From contig CAVOXA010000001.1 of assembly GCA_963700285.1 (NCBI GenBank), positions 224,001 to 288,000 on the forward strand: a stretch of DNA of 64,000 nt, in the 5' to 3' direction. The stretch is from an uncultured Chloroflexia bacterium (GTDB taxonomy: Bacteria; Chloroflexota; Anaerolineae; JAAYZQ01). Under the pieces are notes generated by a model. The model was not told the DNA's origin. It ran no database searches and was given only the letters and a program-made list of their open reading frames with translations. Below, piece after piece: positions 1 to 11,346 of the stretch (the first letter of the stretch is position 1; every line of letters begins with the position of its first letter). The position numbers and the translations under genes were made by a program.

Positions 1-4
1 GGCC

Positions 5-34
5 AAAAGGGCGACCTTGAAAGGTCGCCCTTTT
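5..34. terminator. Intrinsic (possibly bidirectional) terminator downstream of the REC-TrxR gene
   Basis: AAAAGGGCGACCTT-GA-AAGGTCGCCCTTTT perfect inverted repeat with A and T runs at its ends, about 50 bp past the stop at 85. Confidence 0.75.
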
Positions 35-84
35 GAGCTGGCTTTGACACCGGGTGAGCATTGCGCCTCTGGGGCGCCTCTCCA

Positions 85-1752
85 CTAGACCGTCTTTAGG
101 TATTGATGGACCAGGCTGATGGCGATGGCGCCCTGCCCCACGGCGGAGGCCACCCGTCGGATGGCGCCCTGCCGGACATCACCGGCGGCAAAGATGCCTG
201 GCACGCTGGTCTCCAGGATATATGGATCTCGCTTCAGCTTCCAGTTCTTGGGGCGGCGACCCGCCTGGATGAGATCGGGGCCGGTGAGTATAAAGCCAGC
301 GCTGTTTCGCTCCACGACACCCGCCACCAACTCGGAGTGAGGAACCGCGCCAATAAAGAGGAACATGGCTGCGGCCGGCAATGTTTGACTTTCACCAGAT
401 TCGTTATTCACGATGGTGATGGCTTTGAGCCGGTCTTCACCTAGCGCTTCAACCACCTCGGTCTGCAGCATCACCTCGATATTCTCCGTCGCTCTTATCT
501 GGTCGACGAGGTACTGAGACATGCCCTTTTCCAGATCGACTGGCACGTACCAGCATGGTGACCTTGCTCGCGTATTGGGAGAAGAACATTGCCCCCTGAC
601 CGGCCGAGTTGGCGCCGCCAACGACAAAGACCTGCTCGTCCCGGTAATGGGCCGCTTCGGTCAAAGCTGCTCCGTAGTAAACCCCGGCCCCGGTCAGGGC
701 CTTGACACCGGGCACATCAAGCATGCGGACCGAGACGCCGGTAGCAAGCACAAGTGCGCGGCAGGTCAACTCGGTCCCGTCACCAAACCGTAACGATGCG
801 ATAGGGGTCTTCTACCCGCACCTCGATCACCTCCCTGGCGGTCAGAATCTCGGCCCCCAGGCGCTGGGCCTGGGCAGTGGCCCGCCGGGCCAGATCGGCT
901 CCGCTCAAGCCATTTGGGAAAGCCCAAATAGTTCTCGATGCGTGAACTGGTACCCGCTTGTCCGCCGGTGGCCTCCTTGTCGATCATCAGCGTGCGCAAC
1001 CCCTCAGACGCGCCATACACGGCTGCCCCCAGGCCCGCCGGGCCGGCCCCGACGATGATCACGTCGTAGAAGGGCTCGGTCGCCTGCGTTTGCAGGCCGC
1101 ACTTTTCGGCCAAGGCCCGGTTGTCGGGCTCGACCAACACGTCCCCAGTCGGGAAAGAATACGACAGGGCAGCCGGGCCTGCTCGGGGGTGACTGCCTCG
1201 ACCAGCTCCCTGGCCTCTGCATCCTTTTCGATATCCAACCACTGATAGGGAATCCGGTTGCGGGCCAAAAAGTCCTTGACACGGTGGCAACTGGGCGACC
1301 AGAGCGTGCCTGCCACCCGAATGCCATCGTACGGCAGCGGCACAGTCGCCTGCCAGTCGCTCAACAGATCGTCCAAGACAGGATACAGGGTCTGCTCAGG
1401 CGGGATCCCAGGGCTTCATCAGGTAATGATCCAGGCCAATCGTGTTGATGCTTTCAATGGCGGCCTCGGTGTCGGCATAGGCGGTGAGCAATACCTTGCG
1501 GGTATCGGGATAGAGCTTGCGCGCCTCGGCCAGAAACTCGGTGCCGGTCATGACCGGCATGCGCTGGTCGGCCAGAAACAGGGCAATAGGCGCATTGCGG
1601 CGTTTGAGCTGGCGGACAGCCTCCAGCGCCTCCTGCCCCGAGGAAGCCTTCACGATGCGATAATCGCCGCGATAGTGCCGGCGCAGGTCGCGCTCGACTG
1701 CGTTGAGCACCTGCGGCTCGTCGTCAACGGTGAGTATAATGGGTTTGGCCAT
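85..1752 (-). CDS. Response regulator receiver - glutaredoxin-like - thioredoxin reductase-like FAD oxidoreductase fusion (several frameshifts)
   Basis: Consecutive ORF pieces: REC (ILTVDDEP...FLADQRMP...KPWDP), [26 protein letters not shown] motif [28 protein letters not shown] motif [11 protein letters not shown]-terminal [13 protein letters not shown]. Confidence 0.88.
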
Positions 1753-1775
1753 GACAGAATCTCCTAACTAACGTC

Positions 1776-3188
1776 CTACGACTCGCTCGGGGAGCAATCG
1801 AGAGGAATTCTCACCTCAAAACGGGTTCTTCCTGGCTGCGAGCTCACGTCAATCCTCCCCTGGTGTTTCTGTACAATGATATTGTGGCTGATATTTAGAC
1901 CCAGGCCGGTCCCTTTGCCGATTGGCTTGGTGGTGAAGAAGGGGTCAAACAGTTTCGGCAGTGCTTCCTCCGGAATGCCGGGGCCGTTGTCTTCAATTTC
2001 GACGATTACCCACTGGTCGTCGTATCGGCGTTCGCAAGGTGATCGTCACCATTACCGTTCATAGCATCGATCGCATTGTCAATGAGATTCGTCCAGACCT
2101 GGTTCAGCTCGCTGCCCCGGGCTTGGATGCGTGGTAGGTCGGGGGCATAATCGCGATGGACGGTAACGCCCGCTGAGCTTGCTGCGCAGGATGACCAGGG
2201 TACTGTCCAAACCTTCGTGGATGTCCACGGCCTGAATGGGCGCCTGATCCAGATAGGTGTATTCCTTGAGCGCTCTGACCAGTTCGGTGATACGCCCTGC
2301 GCCCTGGCCAATCTCCTCCAGCAGGCTGTACATGACGTACGTATAATTGAGCCAATCGATCACAGCCGGGAACTGGGTTGGTGTGAAACCCACCAGCAGT
2401 CCTGCCAGATCCTCTCGATCATAACCGAGATTCACCAGGGCCGGCGCCACTTCCCACGCGTCGGCGACGCCCAGCTCCTCCAGCCAGGTCTCCAGCTCAC
2501 TTTCATGGTCGCTGCGAGCAAGGGGATCCATCTGCGCGGGCTTCTTGGCTCTCTCTCGAACCGACTCGTCAAGCGCCAACAGCGATTCAAGCTGCGCATC
2601 GGTGAGATTCAACTCGCCCAATCTCAGATGGGTCTGCTGAAAATCCGAGACCGTTGCCTGCATCTGCGAGGCGCCGCGTTGGACTGCGGCCGCCGGGTTG
2701 TTCAGTTCGTGAGCCATTCCCGCACTGAGTTTGCCCAGCGTGGCCAGTTTTTCGCTCTGTCGCAGCATGACCTCCTGCTGCAGGTAGGCCTTTTCCAGGT
2801 CGCGAAGCTTTTTCTTCTGCAGGCTGGCGTTCAACCGTGCCTGCAGCAAAACGGGATTGAAAGGCTTGGGCAGGTAGTCCTCGGCGCCCATTTCGATGCA
2901 TCGCACCGCGCTGTCTATCTCATCCAGAGCAGAAATGACAATGACCGGGATGTCTCGCAGCTCGGGATCGCCCTTGACGATTTCCAGCACTTGGTAACCA
3001 TCCATCCCGGGCATGATGATGTCGAGAAGTACGACATCGTACGACCGGGCCTTGAGCATATCCAGCGCCTGTTGGCCATCTTCTGCCAGACTCACATCAT
3101 GGCCCTTGAGTTCGAGGCTGCGGGATAGCTTTATGCGGTTCATCCGGTTGTCATCGACGACCAGGATGTGACCTTGTTTCTCTGCCAT
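1776..3188 (-). CDS. Hybrid signalling protein: N-terminal REC + histidine kinase (frameshifted)
   Basis: ILVVDDN...LLDIIMPGMDG REC; H-box AGMAHELNNP; N-box ELNQVWTNLIDNAIDA; FDPFFTTKPIGKGTGLGL read on the minus strand at about 1900-1950; stop TAG at 1778-1776. Confidence 0.85.
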
Positions 3189-3220
3189 CGGACCTACTCC
3201 TTACAGAAACGGCGCAGCAG

Positions 3221-6200
3221 CTAGCCAGGAAGCTTGCCCTCGCGCCGCACAGCCACCAATGCCGCTTCTACTCTTCCATACTCGGTCGCGATCTGGGCTG
3301 CCAGGTCAGCAGTCTCATCCATCGTCCCCTCTTTACCCAACCTCTCCAATTCCTTACACAGGTTGGAGAAAGTGGCGGCGCCAAAGTCAGCGCCATTCGA
3401 CTTGAGACTGTGCGCCAGCCGGCGCACTCCGTCGGCATCTCTACTTTGGACGAACTGATCCAGATCGGAGAGGAGCTGGGGGGCATCTTCCAGAAAGGAG
3501 TCGATCAACTCCACCAGGTAGTCAAATTCTCCACCCAGCATCGACAACAAATCCCCCAATGCTGTAGGGTCAAGAACAGCCAGGTCAAGCGTGTAGGTAG
3601 CTGGAGAAGAAGCAGGGGCAAGGGCTTCCCCGGCTCCCCTCTCGACAAGCTCTGTCGAGCCAGCTCGGTCCAAGGCATCGGTGTGACTGCTATCCTCCCC
3701 CAGCCTATTGCTGGAGACAGTCTGTTCCATCGCCAGGCCGGCTTCCACAGGACGGCTCTTGCTCAGTGCCTCGACCAACTCTTCGATGCGAATGGGCTTG
3801 CTGACATAGTCATCCATCCCCGCCGCCAGGCACATCTCCCGATCTCCTTGCATCGCGTTGGCCGTCATGGCGATCACGCGGGGCTGCCGCCAGTCTGGCA
3901 GTTCACGACGGACGTGGCGCGTCGCTTCCAGCCCATCCATCTCGGGCATCTGAACATCCATCAGCACCACGTCATACGATTGGCGCTTGAGGGCGTCCAC
4001 CGCTTCAAGCCCATTGGCCACCACATCGGCGCGGTAGCCCATGCGCTCCAAAATACGCAGCGCCAGCTTCTGGTTGGTCGCATTGTCTTCAGCTAGCAGT
4101 ATGCGCAAAGGCAGATGTTGTCCCATGTGGGCATCAAATCGGGCCTTCTCCCCTGCCTCGCGGGGCCGTACGCGCGTGGGTTGCCCGGTAAAGATGCTGA
4201 CCAATGCGTCAAAGAGCGAGGATGGTTTGAGGGGCTTGATGAGAAAAGCAGCAAAACTCATCCATAGCCTCCTTGACCTCATTTCGCCCCAGGGAGGTCA
4301 GCATGATGAGCGGGATCTCGGAAATAGGCGAAGGTAGTTTGCGGATCTCTTGGGCCAGGGTCAGGCCATCCATCTCCGGCATCTGCATATCGAGAATGGC
4401 CACGTCAAAGGTGGCACCTCCCGGAGCCAGTCCAGCGCCTCCAGCGGCAAGGCTGCAGCCCTGGCTTCCATCTGCCACAACTCCACTTGCCGGGACAGGA
4501 TGCGCCGGTTGGTGGCGTTATCGTCCACGATGAGCACCCGCTTGTCATGGAGCGCGGGTTGTACTTCATCCAGATAGGCCCGGGGCGGTGCGGGCGCGGC
4601 CGTGGCCCGAATCGTAAAGTGGAAGGTTGAGCCCTGGCCAAATTCACTCTCTACCCACATCGTGCCGCCCATCATCTCACTCAGCCGCTTGCTGATGGCC
4701 AGACCCAGCCCAGTACCCCCGTAGCGACGTGTGGTTGAAACGTCTACCTGGCTGAAGGATTGGAAAAGGCGGTCCATCCGGTCCTCCGGAATACCGATTC
4801 CGGTATCCCGGACGGCAAAGTGCAGCGTGCGGGCGCCGGCCTCGGTGCCAGGCGCCGGACTCGAGACCTGCTCGCTGGAAACCGTGACCACGACTTCACC
4901 CTCGTCCGTGAACTTGACGGCGTTGCTGAGCAGATTGACGAGGATCTGGCGCAGGCGTGTGACATCGCCGACGATGGCCTCAGGCGTATCAGGTCGATCA
5001 GATAAGCCAGATCCAGACCCTTGTCCGCCGCCGTTGGAGCCAATAGATCGAGAGAGCTTTCCACGCACTCGCGAAGGTCGAATGGCATGGTTCTCCAGCT
5101 CCAGCCTGTCGGCTTCGATCTTGGAGAAATCGAGGATATCGTTGATGATGGTCAGCAGGGCCTCGCCACTGTAGCGGACGGTCTCAACAAAGTCACGCTG
5201 CTCAGGATCAAGCTCTGTATCCCGCAGCAGGCTGGTCATGCCGATGATGGCATTCATCGGCGTGCGGATTTCGTGGCTCATGTTGGCCAGGAAGGCGCTC
5301 TTGGCTTCGTTGGCAGCCACCGCAGCAGCCTGCGCCTCCTGCGCCTCCGCAAACAGCCGGGTATTCTCCATCGTTGTGGCCAAGAACGAGGCTATCTGCG
5401 TGAGCAGGCTCTCATCGCGCGCGCTATAAGAGTCCGGCTGTTCACTGCCAACGTTCAAGGTACCAAACGTGCGATCGCCGGTAGTCAGGGGTGCTGTCAT
5501 GGTGGCTCGCAAACCCTGTCCCGCCAACTGCTTGGCATCCAGCGCGTCGCTTTCCCGGATATCGCCCATCCTGATGGGCCGCGCCCTAAGGACCGTCTCA
5601 CCCGCCACAGTTCCTTCCAGGGGAATCTGCTTGCCCACGGGAATGACGCCTGCGGATCCCTGGAGGGCATAGACCTCCAAGCGATCCGCAGCCTCGCTGC
5701 CATTTGCTTTTACCAGCAGAGCCACACTCACACGGTCGGCGGGAATGATCTGAGGTGTAAAGATCGTGGCAGCACGAAGGATCTCGTCGTTGTTACCCGC
5801 CAGGCTCAACTCGTGGCCCATTTCGTTCAGCTTTGCCATCCGCCACGCCTGGTCCTCGGCCTCGGCAAGCCCGCGCAGGTTCTCGACAAAGAGACGCGCA
5901 TTCTCGATGGCCGAACTCAGGAGGGACGCCATCTGCATCCCCAGGCTCCGATGGTGGTCCGTAAAGCTCTGTCTATCGCAGAGAATATGTAGCGAACCAA
6001 TGGCTTGACCGCCAGCAGACAGAGGCACGATAATCCTGAAATCCCTTCCTGCGGGCACAATGTCGCCCTGGGCCGCAGAACGGACAATCACCTCGTTCTC
6101 GAGGAGAGCCCGCTCCAGGTCTGAGCCTGGCAGGGGCATGCTCGTACCGTGCCGGATCGCACCGGCTTTCCCCGCATCAAAGGTAATGGTCTCGACATGG

Positions 6201-7732
6201 TCTCGAGTTTCGTCAAAAAGAGTGACGTCGATCTGGTCACCGGGCAGGATGCGCGTGATCTTTTCGGCCGCAATGTCAAGGATCTCCTGCAGGTCGGTTG
6301 TCCGGCTGAGTTCTCCGCCCATCTCGCTGAGCAGGGCCAGTTGGCGAGCTTGTTCCTGCGTCTGGCTGAACAAGCGGGCATTGTCCAGTGCCAGGGACGC
6401 CAGCTGGGCAAAGCGACTCAGGAGTTCGACCTCGGCGTTGCCCACCGTCCGCTCAGACTCAACGCCATAGGCCATGCCAATGGCCCCCACCACATCGTCG
6501 CCTGATTTCAGCGGAACAGCCGCGACGGTCGTGATCCGATTGGGCCCGTAAATACGGGCGCGAGATTCCGAGGCGTCATAGTCAGTCACCACCATGGGCT
6601 TGCCCGTCATCCAAGCGCGACCCGATGCCCCATCGCCTCGTTTCAGGCGGACTCCGATCGTCTCGGCGAATACGCCAAAGCCCACCCTTTGCTCAAACTC
6701 ATCTTCCCCTGGCTCGAGCAGAAACATGAATCCGTGGGGCGTGCCCAAAAGCTGTCCGGCTCGAGCCACGATGTCCTGGAGCAACTCGCCCAGGTCCAAG
6801 CGGCCGATCAATCCCAGCGTGGTCGCATGGAGTGCAGCCAGATACTCGTTTTGCTGCTGGACAGCTGCTTGTGCCTGCTTGGCTTCGGTGATGTCAATGA
6901 CAAAACTTCGGATGTGTTCGCTGTTGGGGACGAGGTGCAGTACCTGCTGGTACCAGACGTCGCCGATCCGCACCTCGCGCAAGTGGGGCCGCTTCTCCTC
7001 GTGCAGGAGAGCAGCCACAGCCGGCAGATCCCGCAGAAGCGGGGACTGCAACCCCTCCTGGCGACACTTGGGAAAGTGTTCTTCAGCGGCGGGGTTCATG
7101 TAGTGCAGTACCCCGTCCAGATCCACTTCGATGATGGCCGCCGGGTTCAGCTCGGGAAAGGACGCCAGGCGGGCCAGTTCTTTGTTGGCCTCCTGAAGCA
7201 GTTGGGTCTGCTGCCAGCGGTCAATGGCCAGGGCCAGGTGCGTGGCAATTGCGATCGCCACCTTGAGGTCGTCGCCTTCGTAGCCACACTGTTTCGTCGT
7301 ACCGAAGGTGAGGGCGCCCAGTATTTTACCGTAAGCCTGCAGCGGCAGCGACAGGATGGTAGCCAGCGATCCGTCCCACAGCGCCGGATCTGCCGTCCCG
7401 GTGATCTCGTTTCGAGCGGCTTCCAGATCGTCGATCAGGCGCATCTGCCTGCTCTGCATCACAACGCCCGGAATGCCCTGCGCGAGGGGGACCGCCTGCT
7501 CCGCCACTGGAGGAACATTCCGGCGGGTCTCCAACAACGTCTGCATTTGGTACGCCTGGCCATCGCCGTCAAGCAGGGCCAGTGTACAGTGCTCAAAGTC
7601 GAGCACCCACTTGATCTGGCCAATGAGCCGTTTCAGCAGGATTTGCAGGTCGGCCGTCTGTGTGATCTCGAGCACGATATCGGAAAGCATGCCATAGCGT
7701 GCCGCCTGTACCTGCTTTTTCTCCTGTTCCAT
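3221..7732 (-). CDS. Cytoplasmic multi-sensor hybrid histidine kinase: GAF-PAS-GAF-GAF-GAF-HisKA-HATPase-REC-REC-HPt (frameshifted)
   Basis: Repeated GAF-type segments; PAS ([14 protein letters not shown]); [18 protein letters not shown]; [10 protein letters not shown]; [11 protein letters not shown]; two REC domains; HPt AHSLKSNG; no obvious TM segment. Confidence 0.88.
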
Positions 7733-7736
7733 CGCC

Positions 7737-8309
7737 TCAGCGCCCCAACCCCTCGGCTATAACCGGCTCCACCGTGACCTTCAAGCTGTCAGCAAGGATG
7801 TCGAAGAAGGTGGCCATCGCAGCATTCACAGCGATGTCCACAATCTCCTCATCCGTGATGCCCAGGTCGCGCAGCCGCTCATAGTCCTCTGCGGCCACGT
7901 CCGCCGGACTGTGAGAAACCTTCAGGGCGAAGGCAATGATTGCCTGGATGCGCTTGGGCGACACATTGTCCAAGTCATTCACCAGCGCGCTCAACGTCTG
8001 GTCGTCAACCCCCAAAGTACGGCAGGAAAACTCGTTCTGGGCAGCGCAGTACTCGCAGTTCCGGGACTCGGCAACGACATAGAGGATCATGGCCTGCAGC
8101 GCCCTCGGCAGCGTTGTCTGCCGGACAAAGTTCCCATACAGTCCCCAGGCGGCTGCCCCAGAGGCCTGCGAGATCGCCAGCGTCGTCATCATGTTCGGTA
8201 CAAAGGGGATATTCAGGTCGCGCTTGATGTCAGCATAGATTTGGGCCACGCCCCCCGTGGCTTCTGCTTCCTCTACAGGCTGCAAATTGCTCTCAGGTAG
8301 ATATTTCAT
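7737..8309 (-). CDS. Carboxymuconolactone decarboxylase/AhpD-like (peroxidase-related) protein
   Basis: [10 protein letters not shown] CxxC motif; [12 protein letters not shown] and [18 protein letters not shown] typical of CMD/AhpD-core proteins; RBS AAGGAG. Confidence 0.8.
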   Translation of the reverse strand: MKYLPESNLQPVEEAEATGGVAQIYADIKRDLNIPFVPNMMTTLAISQASGAAAWGLYGNFVRQTTLPRALQAMILYVVAESRNCEYCAAQNEFSCRTLGVDDQTLSALVNDLDNVSPKRIQAIIAFALKVSHSPADVAAEDYERLRDLGITDEEIVDIAVNAAMATFFDILADSLKVTVEPVIAEGLGR

Positions 8310-8388
8310 GGTGTGCTATTTGTCTCCTTTTTCTCTCTGTTCCTAAATCCATGGTGGCGTCCAGCGCGCCACCCACAGCCCCTACCAC

Positions 8389-8438
8389 TAATACTGCTTA
8401 TTAAAACTAATTATATCATAGAAAATTTACATTGTCAA
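8389..8438 (-). promoter_or_regulatory. Consensus sigma70-type promoter with a downstream palindromic operator candidate
   Basis: Minus strand TTGACA (8438-8433) - 17 bp - TATAAT (8415-8410) with extended TGn; TAATA-N5-TATTA palindrome at 8389-8403. Confidence 0.8.
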
Positions 8439-8551
8439 GTCGAGGCGGCAGGATGAAGGGCAATCTCACTTTTGCCATCGGAGAGGGATGTGTCATAGCC
8501 CTACAGGGGATCGGCTCTTCGGCCGGGCCGTGGAGTCAGGCTCGAAATGCC

Positions 8552-10636
8552 TTATGCCCTGTACACCTTGCACATGAGACCACGCAGGTTGGGCGACCCC
8601 ATGGCCGGATCGTGGGGTGGGGAACTGTCAGTGAGGTAGTTCAGGTTCGCCTCTTGCCAGCCATAGAGATCCGCAGGACCTCGCTCCGGGAACCACCAGC
8701 CATGGGCCACGATCACGACCCTGGGGTCCAGGTCGGCATTCAGCCGGAGCCTCTGTCTAATCCTGCCCCTGGGTGTCTCGATGTAGACCAGGTCGCCCTG
8801 CCTCAGACCCAGCCCTGCCGCAGTCTCCGGATTCAGTTCGGTGAGGGGCTCGGGCGAAAGCTTGCGCAGACCAGGGATGCTGCGATGGCTGGCCTGGTAA
8901 TAGACCGGGTTCTTGCAATTGGTAAGCACCAGCGGATACTCTTTGGCCAAATCCGGCGATCCAAAGGGCGTCTGCGGCGGCTCGTGGTAGGCTGGTAGCG
9001 GATCGAGCCCCAGGCTTGCCAGCCGTTGGGAAAAAAGCTCCACTTTGCCGGTGGGAGTTTGGAACCCTTCTTCCTCGTATTTCCGATAGCGGGTCTCCGG
9101 GGCACAGATACCCAGCGCCACAAGCTGGTCAAAGGTGATCCCGGCCGGCTGCAAGATGGCACCGAGGGCTGCGGAATCACTGTCCCAAAAGTACTGCCCA
9201 TAGCCCATCCTCTCGGCAATCCGGCCTATCCACTGTGCATCGGACAGGCAGGCGCCCGGCGGATCGACGATCTTGCGGTGCGCGGCGATACAGCCCTGGT
9301 TCTTGACCAGGGTATCATATTCAAGGTCGGCTGCAACAGGAAGCACGATGTCGGCCAGCTCGGCGGTTGGCGTCATGAACAGTTCAGCGACTACGAGAAA
9401 ATCCAGTTTCTCGAGGGCCTTGTACGTCGTGGCGGCATTGGCGTGCGTCAATAGCGGATTGCTGCCAAAGATCAAGGCTGCCTTGAGGGGATAAGGAACC
9501 TCCTCCAAGATGGCCCGGCTGGATTCCTGGCCGGGCACAATGCCCATCTCGGCCGCCAGCGTGTACTGGCTCCCAACCTGTCTTTTCAAGCGCTCTGGAG
9601 ATCTGTCCACCCGCGCGAAATCAGCGGCACTCAGCATGGGCAGCGGACTTGGAAAGACACCCCCACCGGGCACGTCGAGGTTGCCCGTGATGGCTTCAAG
9701 CATCACCAGGGCGCGGCAGGCCTGGAAAGCGTTGCTGGTCTGATCCAGGGCATTCCCCCACTGGATGGCAGCAGGCTTGGTCGCGGCATACAGGCGGGCA
9801 GCCTGTTGAATCTGTGCTTCCGGCACCCAAGTTCTCTCTGTGACCTCGCTGGGTGGATAGGCGGTCACGAATTCTCTCAACAGATCAAAGCCTACGGTCC
9901 ACTTGTCTACAAAGTCCTTGTCGTAGAGCTTCTCATCAATGATCACGTTCAGCATGCCCAGGGCCAGAAGCCCATCACTGCCGGGTCTTGGTTTCAGCCA
10001 GACATCAGCCCTGGACGCCAGGGAGATTTTTCTGGGATCGATGACAATGAACTTGGTGCCCTGATCAAAGGCGGCCCGGAACCGGGCCGGTGGCCCATCG
10101 CTGCAGTTCTGGAGTGAATTTCTGCCCCAGATCATGAGACACTTGGGGGGATGGTCATAGTCTGGGTAGGCCCGATGGCCGCAGGTATACTTGGCGGCCA
10201 TCGTCCTGGGCGCGTGACAGCCATCGTCGGTACTGACGGTATTGGGGGTTCCCAGGACACTGGCCAACCTCCGGATAAAGTGCCGCTCCATCCCCTTGAG
10301 CGCTCCCTCGTACAGCAGAATAGACTCGGCACCGAAATGCTCAATGTGCGCCTGAAGCTTCCCGGAAATGGTATCCAGCGCCTCATCCACCGAAATCACT
10401 TGCCACTTTCCGCTGCCCTTCCCACCGATCCGTTTCAGGGGTGACGTCAAGCGCTGGGGATGGTTGAGCAACTCGGGCAGCGCCCGCCCCTTGGGGCAGA
10501 TGTAGCCCTCATTGAAAGGACAATCCGGATTGCCCCGAACAGCAGCCACCTTCCCATCTACGACATCCACCAGGATGCCACAGGAGCCGCCGCAGAGCCG
10601 GGAACAATAGGTCTCTATCACCTCAGGCACCCGCAA
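8552..10636 (-). CDS. Molybdopterin (Mo/W-bisPGD) oxidoreductase catalytic subunit, acetylene-hydratase-like group
   Basis: N-terminal 4Fe-4S motif CSRLCGGSC...ICPKG; LKPRPGSDGLLAL; FMTPTAELADIVLP; C-terminal MopB-CT domain; no Tat signal. Confidence 0.88.
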   Translation of the reverse strand: MRVPEVIETYCSRLCGGSCGILVDVVDGKVAAVRGNPDCPFNEGYICPKGRALPELLNHPQRLTSPLKRIGGKGSGKWQVISVDEALDTISGKLQAHIEHFGAESILLYEGALKGMERHFIRRLASVLGTPNTVSTDDGCHAPRTMAAKYTCGHRAYPDYDHPPKCLMIWGRNSLQNCSDGPPARFRAAFDQGTKFIVIDPRKISLASRADVWLKPRPGSDGLLALGMLNVIIDEKLYDKDFVDKWTVGFDLLREFVTAYPPSEVTERTWVPEAQIQQAARLYAATKPAAIQWGNALDQTSNAFQACRALVMLEAITGNLDVPGGGVFPSPLPMLSAADFARVDRSPERLKRQVGSQYTLAAEMGIVPGQESSRAILEEVPYPLKAALIFGSNPLLTHANAATTYKALEKLDFLVVAELFMTPTAELADIVLPVAADLEYDTLVKNQGCIAAHRKIVDPPGACLSDAQWIGRIAERMGYGQYFWDSDSAALGAILQPAGITFDQLVALGICAPETRYRKYEEEGFQTPTGKVELFSQRLASLGLDPLPAYHEPPQTPFGSPDLAKEYPLVLTNCKNPVYYQASHRSIPGLRKLSPEPLTELNPETAAGLGLRQGDLVYIETPRGRIRQRLRLNADLDPRVVIVAHGWWFPERGPADLYGWQEANLNYLTDSSPPHDPAMGSPNLRGLMCKVYRA

Positions 10637-10721
10637 GCCTCAGTTCCATGTTGGCGCATGATATACACCCTCAGAATGAACAGCCATCGAAGTCGAGCGT
10701 CCGCGTCGGTCAGCAGCTACC

Positions 10722-11142
10722 CTAATCGGTATGCACCAACACCTTGTTTCGACCGCAGTGAGAGCGCTGGCCGGCCACAACACCCTCGTCAAAGAATCCC
10801 AAAAGCCCCTCATCTCGCTCGATTCTTTCATACTCTGCCACGACAAAAAGCCTGCTTCCGCATTTGCAGCGCGGTCTCCCTTCGCGCAATGGCTTTCTGT
10901 GAGCTCCCGTGAAACGCAAGATACGTTCTGAGCCGCCACACTCAGAGCATCGGCCCAGAACCTCGCCCTTAAAATTACCTTTGCGAGAACCGGTGTGGTG
11001 CACAATGGTGAGATCAAAAGGCACCAAGCCACAAGTCTGGCACCTCGAGAGAGAAAAGGTGTGATAGTCATCGGGGTAACGGTGAGCGGCAATGCGCTTT
11101 CTGGCAAACGCCTCCAGATTTGAGAGAAATTGGGCTATTCAT
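10722..11142 (-). CDS. Small Cys-rich (zinc-ribbon-like) hypothetical protein, frameshift near the N-terminus
   Basis: GGAGG RBS then ATG at 11142; the frame of ORF 10722-11027 stays open upstream (NLEAFARKRIAAHRYPDDYHTFSLSRCQTCG); CQTC, CSEC, CKC and SHC motifs. Confidence 0.55.
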
Positions 11143-11346
11143 CTACAGATGCCTCCGCAAGTAGCTACATCATATCATAGGAGACAAGTATCCCAAAGTA
11201 GGACCAGCAACAAAGAATACGAGGAGATTAGACATCACCACGGGATAGTCAGGGGTTGATTGACCGTCCATGGAGGATCGATCTGCAAATAGAGGCAGGG
11301 TGAACCTATGTCAGCGAAACAGCTTGCTGGGGAAAGAAGGAAGAAG

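Noticed and set aside
1396-1398. TGA after the REC domain as selenocysteine in a TrxR-like protein
   Set aside because: It is explained by a one-base shift: [13 protein letters not shown] continues in the neighbouring frame, and the position is not a catalytic Cys.
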